DNA of 64,000 nt, taken from an uncultured Chthoniobacteraceae bacterium (GTDB lineage: Bacteria > Verrucomicrobiota > Verrucomicrobiia > Chthoniobacterales > DYNR01). A model generated the notes under the pieces. The model ran no database searches, was not told the DNA's origin, and saw only the letters and a list, made by a program, of their open reading frames with translations. This document shows positions 37,174 through 47,529 of this stretch, piece by piece (the first letter of the stretch is position 1; every line of letters starts with the position of its first letter). A program made the translations under genes and the position numbers. The DNA lies in the NCBI GenBank assembly GCA_964595865.1, contig CAZQRL010000001.1, positions 260,700-324,699 of the forward strand, given 5' to 3'.

Positions 37174-38016
37174 TTGGACTGGTGGCACGCCCTCATCCTG
37201 GGAGTGGTCGAGGGGCTTACGGAGTATCTGCCCGTTAGCTCCACCGGCCACCTCCTGCTCACCCAGCGAATTCTCGGGATCCAAACCAGCGAGGCGGCCG
37301 ATGCGTTTGCCATCTGTATCCAAGGCGGGGCAATTCTCGCGGTCCTGGGGCTTTATTTTCGCCGCGTTCTGCAAATGGGAAGGGGGCTACTGGGCCAAGA
37401 TCCAGAGGGCTTACGCCTGGGCCTAGGGATCCTCGCGGCTTTCATTCCTGCTGCCGTTTTGGGTTTCCTGCTCGACAAAACGATCAAACGCTACCTTTTC
37501 GGCGAGGAGTGGGGACTTTGGCCGGTGGTGGCAGCTTGGTTTGTCGGTGGAGTGGCTATCCTGGCCGTTACTTGGGCTCGGCGCCATGGCCACCGCACTC
37601 CCGGGGACGGACTGCGTTTGGAGCAGCTCACCATCCGCATGGCGGTTATCATTGGGGTCGCCCAATGTCTGGCCATGTGGCCTGGAGTGAGCCGCAGTCT
37701 GATTACCATCGTTGGCGGGGTGCTGGTTGGACTGAGCCTTCCCGCAGCGGTGGAGTTCAGCTTTCTCCTCGGCGTTTTGACCCTCTCGGCTGCAACAGTC
37801 TATGACGGTTTGAAGCATGGGGCGGTGATGCTGGAGTCTTTTGGCCCGACTGCCCTGCTTCTCGGAACCTTTTCAGCCTGGCTGAGCGCTGTTCTCGCCA
37901 TCAAGTGGATGGTAGGTTATCTAAACCGGCATGGTATGGCTATTTTTGGTTACTACCGCATCGGAGTGGCCGTGGTCGTAACCGTGGCTCTGCTCCTCGG
38001 TTGGCTGCAAAGTTGA
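37174..38016 (+). CDS. uppP: undecaprenyl-diphosphate phosphatase
   Basis: LGVVEGLTEYLPVSSTGHLLL and the later PGVSRS motif. Confidence 0.9.
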   Translation: MDWWHALILGVVEGLTEYLPVSSTGHLLLTQRILGIQTSEAADAFAICIQGGAILAVLGLYFRRVLQMGRGLLGQDPEGLRLGLGILAAFIPAAVLGFLLDKTIKRYLFGEEWGLWPVVAAWFVGGVAILAVTWARRHGHRTPGDGLRLEQLTIRMAVIIGVAQCLAMWPGVSRSLITIVGGVLVGLSLPAAVEFSFLLGVLTLSAATVYDGLKHGAVMLESFGPTALLLGTFSAWLSAVLAIKWMVGYLNRHGMAIFGYYRIGVAVVVTVALLLGWLQS

Positions 38017-38091
38017 CCCCCCTCCCCCGCCTCCGCTTGTCACCTAGACTCAATCCTGTTACGAACTCCCCTTCCCCTGTCCCTATCTCTT

Positions 38092-39285
38092 ATGAATATC
38101 CATGAATATCAGGCCAAGGAATTGATGAAGCAATTCGGTGTGGCGACGTCCAAAGGGGAGGTCGCATCCACGCCGGAAGAAGCGGAGGCGGTGGCGCGGG
38201 CTCTGGGCACTAACAACCTGGTGGTCAAAGCGCAGATCCATGCCGGCGGACGAGGTAAGGGCACTTTTACCAACGGTTTTCAAGGCGGCGTGCATCTTTG
38301 CAAAACCGCCAATCAGGCCCGGGATTTAGCCGCCGCGATGCTCGGCAAAACTCTCGTGACTCACCAAACCGGTCCGCAGGGTCGCGTGGTCCGCAAAGTC
38401 CTCGTCACCGAATCCATCGAGATCGAACGCGAACTTTATTTTGCCATTGTTATTGACCGAGCGACTTCCACTCCGGTCATCATTGCCAGCACGGAAGGTG
38501 GCGTGGATATTGAAACCGTCGCCGAGAAATCTCCGGAAAAAATCGTCCGTGAGTTTGTCCATCCGGGCCTCGGCATCCAGCCTTGGCAAACCCGCAAGCT
38601 GGCCAAGCTCCTCGGCTTCCGCTCCGGGGACATGCGGCCTGCCTGCCGTCTCTTCGCCGCTCTTTACCAGCTTTTCATCAAATGCGATTGCTCCATGGTT
38701 GAGGTGAATCCCCTCGTCCAAACCAAGGGAGGGGATGTCCTGGCCCTGGACGCGAAGTTTAATTTCGACGAGAACGCCCTTTTCCGTCACCCGGAGATCC
38801 AAGCCCTGCGCGATCTCGCCGAGGAGGATCCCCGGGAAGTCGAAGCTTCTAAATTCCATCTCAACTACATTGGCCTTTCCGGCAATATCGGGTGCATGGT
38901 CAACGGTGCCGGGCTGGCCATGGCGACGATGGATATCATCAAATACTACGGCGGAGAACCCGCCAACTTCCTCGATGTCGGCGGCGGCGCGACCGAAGCT
39001 CAAGTCACCGAGGCCTTCAAAATCCTCATGGCAGATCCCTCCGTCGAAGCCATTTTGGTGAATATCTTCGGCGGGATTATGAAGTGCGATGTCATTGCCC
39101 AGGGCGTTATCAATGCCTATCGCATCTTGGAACAACGGGAAATGCGGCTAGTGCCCTTGGTAGTCCGTCTCGAGGGCACCAACGTGGAGGAAGGCAAGCG
39201 CCTCCTGCGCGAGTCGGGGCTGCCGCTGCAACCTGCCGATGACCTCAGCGATGCCGCGCAAAAAGTCGTGGCCTCCATCTCCTGA
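38092..39285 (+). CDS. sucC: succinate--CoA ligase (ADP-forming) beta subunit
   Basis: [31 protein letters not shown] and [18 protein letters not shown]. Confidence 0.95.
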   Translation: MNIHEYQAKELMKQFGVATSKGEVASTPEEAEAVARALGTNNLVVKAQIHAGGRGKGTFTNGFQGGVHLCKTANQARDLAAAMLGKTLVTHQTGPQGRVVRKVLVTESIEIERELYFAIVIDRATSTPVIIASTEGGVDIETVAEKSPEKIVREFVHPGLGIQPWQTRKLAKLLGFRSGDMRPACRLFAALYQLFIKCDCSMVEVNPLVQTKGGDVLALDAKFNFDENALFRHPEIQALRDLAEEDPREVEASKFHLNYIGLSGNIGCMVNGAGLAMATMDIIKYYGGEPANFLDVGGGATEAQVTEAFKILMADPSVEAILVNIFGGIMKCDVIAQGVINAYRILEQREMRLVPLVVRLEGTNVEEGKRLLRESGLPLQPADDLSDAAQKVVASIS

Positions 39286-39313
39286 TTGCCAACTTTCTTT
39301 CACTCCTTCTCTT

Positions 39314-40192
39314 ATGGCTATTCTCGTCGGAAACAACACGCGCCTGCTGGTGCAGGGCATCACAGGCAAAGCTGGCAGCTTCCACGCCAAAAGCTGCATA
39401 GAATATGGCACCAATGTCGTTGCGGGCGTCACTCCAGCCCGCGGCGGTGAAGTTTTTGCGGACAAAATTCCCGTTTTCGATACCGTGAGCGAAGCCGTCC
39501 GGCAAACGGGAGCCAACGCCTCGATGATTTTCGTTCCCCCGGAGTTCTCTGCAGACTCGATTATGGAAGCCGTGGATGCTGGCATCGAAATCATTGTTTG
39601 TATTACCGAAGGCATCCCGGTGCTCGACATGATGCACGTCAAAGCGGCCATGGTGGGCAAGAAAAGCCGCCTCATCGGCCCGAATTGCCCCGGCATCATC
39701 ACGCCCGGACAATGCAAAATCGGCATTATGCCCGGCTACATTCACCGTCCTGGTGGCGTGGGAGTGGTTTCCCGCAGCGGCACCCTCACCTACGAAGCCG
39801 TCTGGCAACTCTCCCAGCGCGGGATTGGGCAATCCACCTGTGTGGGCATCGGCGGAGATCCCATCAATGGCACCAGCCACCTCGATGTGGTGAAACTCTT
39901 CAACGAAGACCCCGGCACGGAGGCCATCTTTCTCATTGGTGAGATCGGTGGCACCGCGGAGGAAGAAGCCGCCGCTTGGATCAAAGAACATTGCAAAAAA
40001 CCCGTCGCCGCCTTCATCGCCGGAGCTACCGCTCCTCCCGGGCGCCGCATGGGTCATGCCGGGGCCATTGTCTCTGGAGGCAAAGGCACGGCCCAAGCCA
40101 AAATCGCCGCGCTGCGCGAGGCGGGAATCGAAATTGCTGAAACCCCTGCCGATATGGGGGCAGCGGTAGTGCGAGCCCTCAAGCGCAACTAA
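39314..40192 (+). CDS. sucD: succinate--CoA ligase alpha subunit
   Basis: [33 protein letters not shown] and the phospho-His region GHAGAI. Confidence 0.95.
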   Translation: MAILVGNNTRLLVQGITGKAGSFHAKSCIEYGTNVVAGVTPARGGEVFADKIPVFDTVSEAVRQTGANASMIFVPPEFSADSIMEAVDAGIEIIVCITEGIPVLDMMHVKAAMVGKKSRLIGPNCPGIITPGQCKIGIMPGYIHRPGGVGVVSRSGTLTYEAVWQLSQRGIGQSTCVGIGGDPINGTSHLDVVKLFNEDPGTEAIFLIGEIGGTAEEEAAAWIKEHCKKPVAAFIAGATAPPGRRMGHAGAIVSGGKGTAQAKIAALREAGIEIAETPADMGAAVVRALKRN

Positions 40193-40201
40193 ACCCTCCA
40201 C

Positions 40202-41023
40202 GTGCTCCGCGACAACCCCATCCTTTACCGGGTTGTCCTTTACGCCCTTGGTCTGGCTCTGCTGCTCGTGCCCTTGCGTTGGCTCAGCCGCAGCCTCACC
40301 TTCTTCCCGGCACGCCCCGATTCCACGAGCTTGGCGGCTCGCGCCAAAGCCGAAGGACTCCAGCCCTGGCTCGATGCTCACGGAATGCGCATCGGCTGGA
40401 TCCTGCCCGCACCAGAGCCGAGCGCCTCTTTGCTCATCTTTCATGGCAACGCCGGCTCCGCGATTGATCGCGCCGACTTCGCCCGTTTCTTGCAGCTCCT
40501 CGATCCAGCGGCCAATCTCACCATCTACATTTTGGAATACCCTGGCTACGGAGACCGCGCGGGTTCGCCCTCCGAAGAGTCCTTTGTCTCCGCCGCCGTC
40601 GCCGCTCTACAGCTTTTCCCCCCGCAAAGCCCACCCATCGTGCTTGGAGAGTCCATCGGCACGGGAGTCGCCAGCTTGGCAGCAGCTAAGCTGCCGGAGC
40701 GGATTCGCAGCCTCATTCTTCTCACGCCTTTTACGTCTCTGGTTGCCGTCGGACAGCAGCACTATCCTTGGCTCCCGGTGCGCTGGGTGCTGGCAGATCC
40801 TTTCGATAGCCAGAAGGCCCTGCGGCACTTTCCTGGTCCGGTGGTTTTCATCGTCGCAGATGAAGATGAGGTGACTCCCGCCCCTCTCGGCCTGGAACTT
40901 TACGAAACCTATGCGGGAAAAAAGCTGCTTTTCCGAGTCCCCGGAGCCTCACACAACGCTGCTGTCGGCGCGCTGCCCTCCGCCTCTTGGCGAGAGGCCT
41001 TGCGCTTTGCCACAAGCGATTGA
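40202..41023 (+). CDS. alpha/beta-fold hydrolase
   Basis: An N-terminal TM helix, LLIFHGNAGS, the nucleophile elbow GESIGTGVA and a C-terminal ...GASHN. GTG start. Confidence 0.7.
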   Translation: MLRDNPILYRVVLYALGLALLLVPLRWLSRSLTFFPARPDSTSLAARAKAEGLQPWLDAHGMRIGWILPAPEPSASLLIFHGNAGSAIDRADFARFLQLLDPAANLTIYILEYPGYGDRAGSPSEESFVSAAVAALQLFPPQSPPIVLGESIGTGVASLAAAKLPERIRSLILLTPFTSLVAVGQQHYPWLPVRWVLADPFDSQKALRHFPGPVVFIVADEDEVTPAPLGLELYETYAGKKLLFRVPGASHNAAVGALPSASWREALRFATSD

Positions 41024-41069
41024 CTCCCTGTGGCCGCTCGGAGCAAGTTCTGCGCAGCCTACCCCGCCC

Positions 41070-42455
41070 ATGTCCGAGCGAACGGAATATTTCGGCCTGC
41101 AGCTGCGAGCCTCCCAAAGGTGGCTCTTGTCGGCGCTGTCGGTCCTCTTTTGGCTTTTGCAGCCGCTTTTGGCGCAAGAGCAGGTTCTACCAATTCCGGA
41201 TACTGATCAGGCGGATTGGTGGGGGGGCGATGGAATAAGCGGGGACTGGCTTGGCCTTCGGCCTCGGCTTTCCGGTCACGGCCTGGAAATCTTTGCGACC
41301 TACACATTGGATGTTTTTGGCAACCTTGGAGGCGGTCCGCGATACGGTGCCGCCTACAGCGGCTCACTTCTCTTTGGGGCAGAGCTGGACTTAAGCCAAT
41401 CTCTGGGATGGCCAGCAGCCAGCCTGAGCACGACGTGGGTTTGGATCAGTGGGCACGGGGCCGATGAAGATCCCGCCAGCAACTTCCTGACGATTTCCAG
41501 CATCGCCGGTTACAGCACCTTGCGAGTGCTGGAGCTTTGGTTCGAACAAAATCTCTTGGAAGATCGGTTGTCCTTGCGCATCGGCCAACTGGCAGCAGAT
41601 TCGGAGTTTATCATCTCCGATTACGCGGCGCTTTTTATCAATGCGACCTTTGGCTGGCCCGCCTGCATCTACACCAATCTTCCCGAGGGTGGTCCGGCAT
41701 ATCCCATGGGCACCTTGGGGGTGCGATTGGCTTGGAATCCGGCTCCGTGGTTTACCTGCATGGCCGGGGCTTTTCAAGGCGATGTTTTTGAACAAAGTCG
41801 CAACCGGTATGGATTCCGCTATCGGCTCAACGCCGAGACGGGATACACTTTTCTCACCGAGACGCAAATCCGCTGGAATGCCGCAGCACAACCCCCTGGG
41901 CTTCCCGGGCAGGGTAAGTTCGGGCTCTGGCTGCAGACCGGGCGCTCTGCCGATCCACTGGCAGAATCCACCTCCTCCGGCAATGTGGGACTTTACTGGA
42001 TCTTCGACCAAATGCTTTTCCGGGAGGGAGCGAAAGCTTCGTCCCAGACTGCACCGGCTGCGGATAGAAATCCGCCGACTGCCCTGGAGAACGCAACTGC
42101 TGCTCAAGGGCTGGGTTTCTTCACTCGCCTGGCGATGGCCCCACCCGATCGCAACGTGGTGAATTTTTACTTCGATACGGGATTCAATTACCGCGGGCTT
42201 TTTCCTTCGCGGGAAAATGACACCCTGGGCATCGCCTTCGGTTACGCTCAAGTGAGCAACGGCGCGAAATCGGCTAAAATGGCCGAGGGGTTTACTCCGG
42301 CTGGAGCTGAGATGGTCCTGGAAGCCACCTACCAAATCCAAGTCAATAACTGGCTCATTCTCCAACCCGATCTGCAATACATTTTGCAACCCAACGCAAC
42401 GCGGAACCAAGGAAATTTCTGCGTGGTCGGGTTTCGCGGGAGCGTGACCTTTTGA
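41070..42455 (+). CDS. OprB-family carbohydrate-selective porin
   Basis: A signal peptide, then DWWGGDGISGDWLGLRPRLSGHGLEIFATYTLDVFGNLGGG. The alternating beta-strand pattern and the terminal ...SVTF are typical of OprB-like porins. It lies directly upstream of zwf-glk. Confidence 0.6.
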   Translation: MSERTEYFGLQLRASQRWLLSALSVLFWLLQPLLAQEQVLPIPDTDQADWWGGDGISGDWLGLRPRLSGHGLEIFATYTLDVFGNLGGGPRYGAAYSGSLLFGAELDLSQSLGWPAASLSTTWVWISGHGADEDPASNFLTISSIAGYSTLRVLELWFEQNLLEDRLSLRIGQLAADSEFIISDYAALFINATFGWPACIYTNLPEGGPAYPMGTLGVRLAWNPAPWFTCMAGAFQGDVFEQSRNRYGFRYRLNAETGYTFLTETQIRWNAAAQPPGLPGQGKFGLWLQTGRSADPLAESTSSGNVGLYWIFDQMLFREGAKASSQTAPAADRNPPTALENATAAQGLGFFTRLAMAPPDRNVVNFYFDTGFNYRGLFPSRENDTLGIAFGYAQVSNGAKSAKMAEGFTPAGAEMVLEATYQIQVNNWLILQPDLQYILQPNATRNQGNFCVVGFRGSVTF

Positions 42456-42552
42456 GTGACTGCCCCGGGAGGTGCCCTGTAAATCCTAACATCAAATGCG
42501 ATTTGCGGATTTGACGGCTGACATCCCGGCTTCCCCTTGGTAGCGTTTACCC

Positions 42553-44106
42553 ATGTCCACCCTCAAACCGCTCACCGGTCACGATACTCCCGGAGACCCC
42601 TGCGTAATTGTCATTTTCGGCGCCTCTGGTGACCTAACCAAACGCAAGCTACTCCCAGCCCTCTACAATCTCAAAGCCCTGCAGCTCCTACCGGAAAACT
42701 TCGCGGTGGTCGGCTGCGCTGTCACCGAGGGCAGCGACGACATTTTTCGCGATCAAGCTTCGAAGGATATCCACGAGTTTGCCACACGCCCGGTGGATGA
42801 GACTAGTTGGAGCGATTTCTGCAAACGCCTCTACTACACTGCCGGAGATTTCCACGACCCGGGAACCTTCAAACAACTGGCCAGCAAAATCTCCGCGGCT
42901 CGCAAACAGTGGAATGTCCAAGGCGACAATGTACTCTTCTACCTCGCGATCACGCCGACTCTCTTTGCCAAAGTTGTTGAACAGCTGGGAGCCGTCGGTT
43001 TGACCAGCGAGCCACAAGGGGCCTGGCGCCGAGTCATCGTGGAGAAGCCTTTCGGGCGCGACCTGGCCAGTGCCCGGGAGCTGAACGCCGCACTCTCAAA
43101 GTCCCTCGACGAGTCGCAAATCTACCGCATTGACCACTACCTTGGCAAAGAGACCGTGCAAAACATCATGGTCTTCCGCTTTGGCAACTCCATCTTCGAA
43201 CCCACTTGGAATCGCCGCTACATTGATTCGGTGCAAATCACCGTAGCAGAAGAACTCGGGGTGGAGCTGCGTGGCGGCTATTACGACCATTCCGGCGTCC
43301 TCCGGGATATGGTGCAAAACCATATCCTCTCCGTGCTCTCGCTCATCGCCATGGAACCGCCGAGTTCGATCTCCGGGGAAGCCGTGCGCAACGAGAAAGT
43401 CAAAGTTCTCGACGCCATCCGCCCGATGACTCCGGAAGAGGTTATCACCCACACGGTTCGTGGCCAATACAGCGCGGGAAAAATCGGCGATAAATCCGTC
43501 CCGGCTTACCGCAGTGAACCAAATGTGGATCCGCACTCGAATACCGAAACCTTCGTCGCCATGAAGCTCAAGGTGGAAAACTGGCGCTGGGCGGATGTTC
43601 CATTTTACATTCGTTCCGGCAAACGGTTGGCCAAACACACCACCCAAGTCACCATCGGCTTCCGCCGCACTCCGCTGCTCCTATTTGGAGAAAACCTCAC
43701 CGCCGACATCAAGCCCAACCGCCTGGTGCTGCACATCCAGCCCGATGAAGGCATTACCTTCGATATCCATGCCAAGCAACCTGGGCCTAAAGTGCATGTG
43801 GCCAGCGTGCCTCTGGATTTCAGTTACAAAGATTTCGGGGAACAAACCGCAGCCACGGGCTACGAAACCCTGCTCTACGATTGTATGGTTGGCGAATCCT
43901 CCCTTTTCCACCGCTACGATAGCGTGGACGCCTCCTGGCAGATCGTGAATCCCATCCTTGATGTCTGGCAGGCTCTCCCGGCCCGGGATTTCCCGAACTA
44001 TGAAGCCGGCACTTGGGGTCCAGCCGCGTCGGATCAGCTCCTCGCCAAAGAAGGACACGTCTGGCACTATTACCAATCCCCCAAAGCCGATGCCAACAAT
44101 TCCTGA
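42553..44106 (+). CDS. zwf: glucose-6-phosphate dehydrogenase
   Basis: IFGASGDLTKRKLLPALY, RIDHYLGKE and EKP..R motifs. Confidence 0.95.
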   Translation: MSTLKPLTGHDTPGDPCVIVIFGASGDLTKRKLLPALYNLKALQLLPENFAVVGCAVTEGSDDIFRDQASKDIHEFATRPVDETSWSDFCKRLYYTAGDFHDPGTFKQLASKISAARKQWNVQGDNVLFYLAITPTLFAKVVEQLGAVGLTSEPQGAWRRVIVEKPFGRDLASARELNAALSKSLDESQIYRIDHYLGKETVQNIMVFRFGNSIFEPTWNRRYIDSVQITVAEELGVELRGGYYDHSGVLRDMVQNHILSVLSLIAMEPPSSISGEAVRNEKVKVLDAIRPMTPEEVITHTVRGQYSAGKIGDKSVPAYRSEPNVDPHSNTETFVAMKLKVENWRWADVPFYIRSGKRLAKHTTQVTIGFRRTPLLLFGENLTADIKPNRLVLHIQPDEGITFDIHAKQPGPKVHVASVPLDFSYKDFGEQTAATGYETLLYDCMVGESSLFHRYDSVDASWQIVNPILDVWQALPARDFPNYEAGTWGPAASDQLLAKEGHVWHYYQSPKADANNS

Positions 44107-45115
44107 TTCCACCCGCATCCTTGCCGGCGATGTCGGAGGCACCAAAACCAACCTCGCCATCATCCGGCTCACCGAAAACGCCACTGGCGAAGCCATGGTG
44201 ATCGAGAAAACCGCGCGTTTCCCCAGCAGCTCCCACCCCAGTCTGAATGCCATTCTCCGGGAGTTTCTGGGTCAACTCTCCTCTCCGGTGCGGCTCGCTT
44301 GCGCGGGCTTTGGAGTTCCCGGTCCGGTGGAAAATGGGCGCGCCAAACCGACGAATTTGAGTTGGGGCGTGGATGCGGCGGAGATCGCCGAGGAATTTTC
44401 CATTGCCAAAGTCGAAGTAGTCAACGACCTCGCGGCTAATGCCTACGGGATCGCCGAGCTCAAACCCTGCGATTTCGCCGATCTCATTGCCGGAGCCAAA
44501 GACGCTCGCGGCAACCGCTGCGTGGTTTCCCCGGGAACTGGACTGGGCCAGGCCGGACTTTACTGGGACGGCAAGCGCCACCGCATTTGGGCCTGTGAGG
44601 GTGGACACGCCGATTTCGCTCCCCGCAACAAAATCGAAATCGCTCTTCTAGAGTTTCTCATTAAAAAATACGGCCACGTGAGTGCCGAACGCGTGATCTC
44701 GGGCATGGGGCTGGAAAACATCTACTTTTTCCTGCGCGATACCGGACGCGGAAAGGAACTTCCAGAAGTCGCCGCCGCCCGACAAACCCGGGATCTTGGC
44801 GCGGTGATTTCCGAGTTTGCTGACTCTGGACGTTGCCCGATGTGCGCCGAAACGCTGGAGATTTTTGTCAACTGCCTCGCTGCTGAATGTGGAAATATGG
44901 CGCTGAAAAGCATGGCTTTGGGCGGGGTTTTTCTTGGTGGAGGCATCCCCGCCAAACTCCTGCATCACCTGCAAGGAGTTGGCTTTGCCCATGCCTTCGC
45001 CGACAAAGGCCGGATGCGCCCGCTGCTGGAAAAGATTCCCGTGCGGGTCATCCTCAACGACCAAGCTGCCCTGCTCGGTGCTGCCCGGCATGCGATTGAT
45101 GCGTTGCTTTCCTAA
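44090..45115 (+). CDS. glk: glucokinase
   Basis: ILAGDVGGTKTNLAI (ATP-binding), the EGGHADFAP region and GGVFLGGGI. The start was trimmed to 44090 and overlaps the zwf end by 17 nt. Confidence 0.85.
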   Translation: MPTIPDSTRILAGDVGGTKTNLAIIRLTENATGEAMVIEKTARFPSSSHPSLNAILREFLGQLSSPVRLACAGFGVPGPVENGRAKPTNLSWGVDAAEIAEEFSIAKVEVVNDLAANAYGIAELKPCDFADLIAGAKDARGNRCVVSPGTGLGQAGLYWDGKRHRIWACEGGHADFAPRNKIEIALLEFLIKKYGHVSAERVISGMGLENIYFFLRDTGRGKELPEVAAARQTRDLGAVISEFADSGRCPMCAETLEIFVNCLAAECGNMALKSMALGGVFLGGGIPAKLLHHLQGVGFAHAFADKGRMRPLLEKIPVRVILNDQAALLGAARHAIDALLS

Positions 45116-45668
45116 CCCCTCCCCCGTCGCGGCCCTCTTAATCGGTGCCCTTGTTTTGGCTAGCGCGGGATGTGCCGGTGACCGACGACATCATTTGCTG
45201 ATCAGCGCCCAAGAGCAGGAAATGCTCGTGCTGCGGGATGGTCGGCCCTTCGCCTCCTACCCGGTGTCCACCTCGAAATTCGGCCTTGGCGATGCCCCCG
45301 GGAGCAATGCCACTCCCATGGGAGAGTTTCGCATCCGGCAAAAAATCGGCCATCAACTTCCTGCGGGAGCCGTTTTGAAATCACGCCGCCCCACTGGAGA
45401 AATTCTGCCTCCCAACGCTCCCGGCCGGGATCCCATCGTCTCCCGAATTCTCTGGTTGGATGGCCGGGAGCCGCAAAACCGGAATGCCTTCGCCCGCTTT
45501 ATTTACATCCATGGCACCCCGGAGGAGTCCACCATCGGCACACCAGCTAGTTATGGGTGCATCCGCATGAAATCGGCGGATGTGATCGAGCTTTTCGATT
45601 ACGTGGGCACGGGAGCCCGGGTGACCATTCTGCCAGGCCCGCTTCCGCCAATCCCGCAAACTCCCTGA
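45090..45668 (+). CDS. L,D-transpeptidase (YkuD domain) lipoprotein
   Basis: Lipobox LVLASAGC and the catalytic stretch IYIHGTPEESTIGTPASYGCIRM. Confidence 0.85.
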   Translation: MRLMRCFPNPSPVAALLIGALVLASAGCAGDRRHHLLISAQEQEMLVLRDGRPFASYPVSTSKFGLGDAPGSNATPMGEFRIRQKIGHQLPAGAVLKSRRPTGEILPPNAPGRDPIVSRILWLDGREPQNRNAFARFIYIHGTPEESTIGTPASYGCIRMKSADVIELFDYVGTGARVTILPGPLPPIPQTP

Positions 45669-45832
45669 CAGACGGTTGAAAAACTGGGCGCGGTCGCGCG
45701 TAGAACAGGATCGGGGCCATGGCAAGGAGCGAGCGACGCGCATCCCCTCTGCGGGCTGGGCTCGCCGCAGCAACGCTGCCTGCCGGCCAAAGCGAACAGC
45801 AACGCGACCATGCCAAGTGTTTCAACCGTCTG
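45669..45832. repeat. 13-bp perfect inverted repeat enclosing 138 nt of GC-rich intergenic sequence
   Basis: CAGACGGTTGAAA (45669-45681) pairs with TTTCAACCGTCTG (45820-45832). An inner complementary pair GGTCGCG/CGCGACC is also present. The element starts at the first base after the L,D-transpeptidase stop. Confidence 0.5.
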
Positions 45833-45915
45833 CTAAGTCACAAAACTGTCACCTTCCCAACGCGGAAAAATCCTTGGCCAGACTTTTCGACTGAGACATG
45901 AATCTCTAATTAGCC

Positions 45916-47529
45916 ATGAATTTCCGGCTCCGTCTTCTTCTTGCTCTTCTGCCTCGCACGGTCTTGGCTGGTTTCCTGACCGCCCTACTGCTGTCGCTGG
46001 CGGCCTGTGATTCTCAGACTCCCGAGAAGCCGGAAATCATCATTTTGCAAACCGGTCGCCTGCGCGGCAACATCTACCCCCTTAGCCTGCAGCACCTCGC
46101 TCCTTTGCAGCACTACCCATACATCGCGGGCTACGTGGAAGCCGTGCGACAGGAAGCAGCAAAAGTCGGCGCGGAGGTGCTCTTGATTGATCTGGGCGAT
46201 AGCCTGGAGGGCTCCTTTGCCAGCTACGTGACTGATTCGGCTAACGTCACGGAATTCTTCAAGCTCGTGGGTTACGATGCAGTGGTCCTAGGGAATCTGG
46301 ACAGCGATTTGCCGCCAGAGATCATCGCCGAGCTTCCTCCCCTGCGCCTCAACCCCTTCACCGGACCGAAAGGCCAAGAAACTTACCCCGGCACCTCTGC
46401 CGTCGGAATTCTACCCGCCATCGGCAAACGCCGCATCCCGATTTATTTCCTGGCGAATTTTTACGGAGATACCGCCGTGGAGGAATTCCCGGATCGCTTC
46501 CCCACCTCCTTCGGTCTGGTCAGCTCCGGTGCCCATCCGGTCCGCTCCTACCGCAACTTAATAGAAAATTGGGGCGGTCGCCCGGCCAATGCCCTCACCC
46601 TTTTTGCCTGGCTAAAATTTGAAGCCCCCCCAGAACCTCCAGAGAAGTTTTTGAAAAATCTGCGGGCCATGGATGTGGATGCCATCCTGGCGCAGCGGGT
46701 CTATGGTAGTCGGGAGCGCGATGTCTGGAGTGAAGCGGACTTCCCCGGATGGGAGCCCCCGGTGCTGCAAAACATCCTGCGGAACAATGGGGGATTCACG
46801 CTGGCCCGGATGGATCTGCGCCGCGAGGGCAACAACTGGAAAGTCCTGCGGCGGGAGTTGGTGCCAATGACGGCCAACTCTGCCGCGCCTTCGCAGAAAG
46901 CCATCGAGCTCATCGAGCGATTTGCGCCGCAAATCGAAAATGCCGATGAGACGGTGCGGCAACTTGAGGAGCCGGTGGAGGAGATGGCCTTGTTGTGGTC
47001 TGTGTTGCGCAGTCTCACAGCCCTTCCCGGAGCAGAGGCGGTCGTTTACTCCCCCCAATCCATTCGCGCACCACTGCCAAAAGGCACTCTGCGCGCCTCC
47101 CAGCTCTTCAACAGCCTTCCATGGACCACCCCGCTGCTCGCCATGCAGGTGACACCTGAGGAAATTGACCTCCTGTCTCGGGTCAACGGTCGCATGGAGT
47201 TTTGGCAACGTCTTCCCGAAGAAGCTCCCACGCCGTCGGCTTCTCCAGAGCCAGCTCCGAACAAAGAACCATCTGCCTCCGGTGAACCCTCCCTCCCCTC
47301 CTCCAATATAGAACCGGATGACCACATTGAATTGGTTACCTCGCGCTATTTCCTACCGATATTTGAGCGCCAACTCGGCCGGACCATCGCCGCCCGAGAA
47401 GTTGCTCCCTCAGATTTCGGCAACTTCCTGCAATTTCTCAAAAACGACCCCACTGCTCTCGACCTGCGGCTTCCCCCTGGCTGGCAACGCATCTCTCCGC
47501 CTCTGCCACCGGAGGCTCCCGGCACATGA
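45916..47529 (+). CDS. lipoprotein with 5'-nucleotidase/metallophosphoesterase-like layout lacking the metal ligands
   Basis: Lipobox LSLAAC. IIILQTGRLRGNIYPL stands where ILHTNDxHG is expected. LLIDLGDSLEGS corresponds to GDxxxG. GYDAVVLGNLDSD stands where GNHEFD is expected. Confidence 0.5.
   Translation: MNFRLRLLLALLPRTVLAGFLTALLLSLAACDSQTPEKPEIIILQTGRLRGNIYPLSLQHLAPLQHYPYIAGYVEAVRQEAAKVGAEVLLIDLGDSLEGSFASYVTDSANVTEFFKLVGYDAVVLGNLDSDLPPEIIAELPPLRLNPFTGPKGQETYPGTSAVGILPAIGKRRIPIYFLANFYGDTAVEEFPDRFPTSFGLVSSGAHPVRSYRNLIENWGGRPANALTLFAWLKFEAPPEPPEKFLKNLRAMDVDAILAQRVYGSRERDVWSEADFPGWEPPVLQNILRNNGGFTLARMDLRREGNNWKVLRRELVPMTANSAAPSQKAIELIERFAPQIENADETVRQLEEPVEEMALLWSVLRSLTALPGAEAVVYSPQSIRAPLPKGTLRASQLFNSLPWTTPLLAMQVTPEEIDLLSRVNGRMEFWQRLPEEAPTPSASPEPAPNKEPSASGEPSLPSSNIEPDDHIELVTSRYFLPIFERQLGRTIAAREVAPSDFGNFLQFLKNDPTALDLRLPPGWQRISPPLPPEAPGT

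Noticed and set aside
39245-40444. 399-aa minus-strand ORF opposite sucD. Similar long antisense ORFs include 33028..34455, 14791..16038, 41391..42410, 38326..39135, 9057..9752 and 24931..25608.
   Set aside because: These are shadow ORFs typical of high-GC DNA. They are Arg/Gly/His/Pro-rich, show no family resemblance, and each lies fully inside a gene with strong motif support on the other strand.
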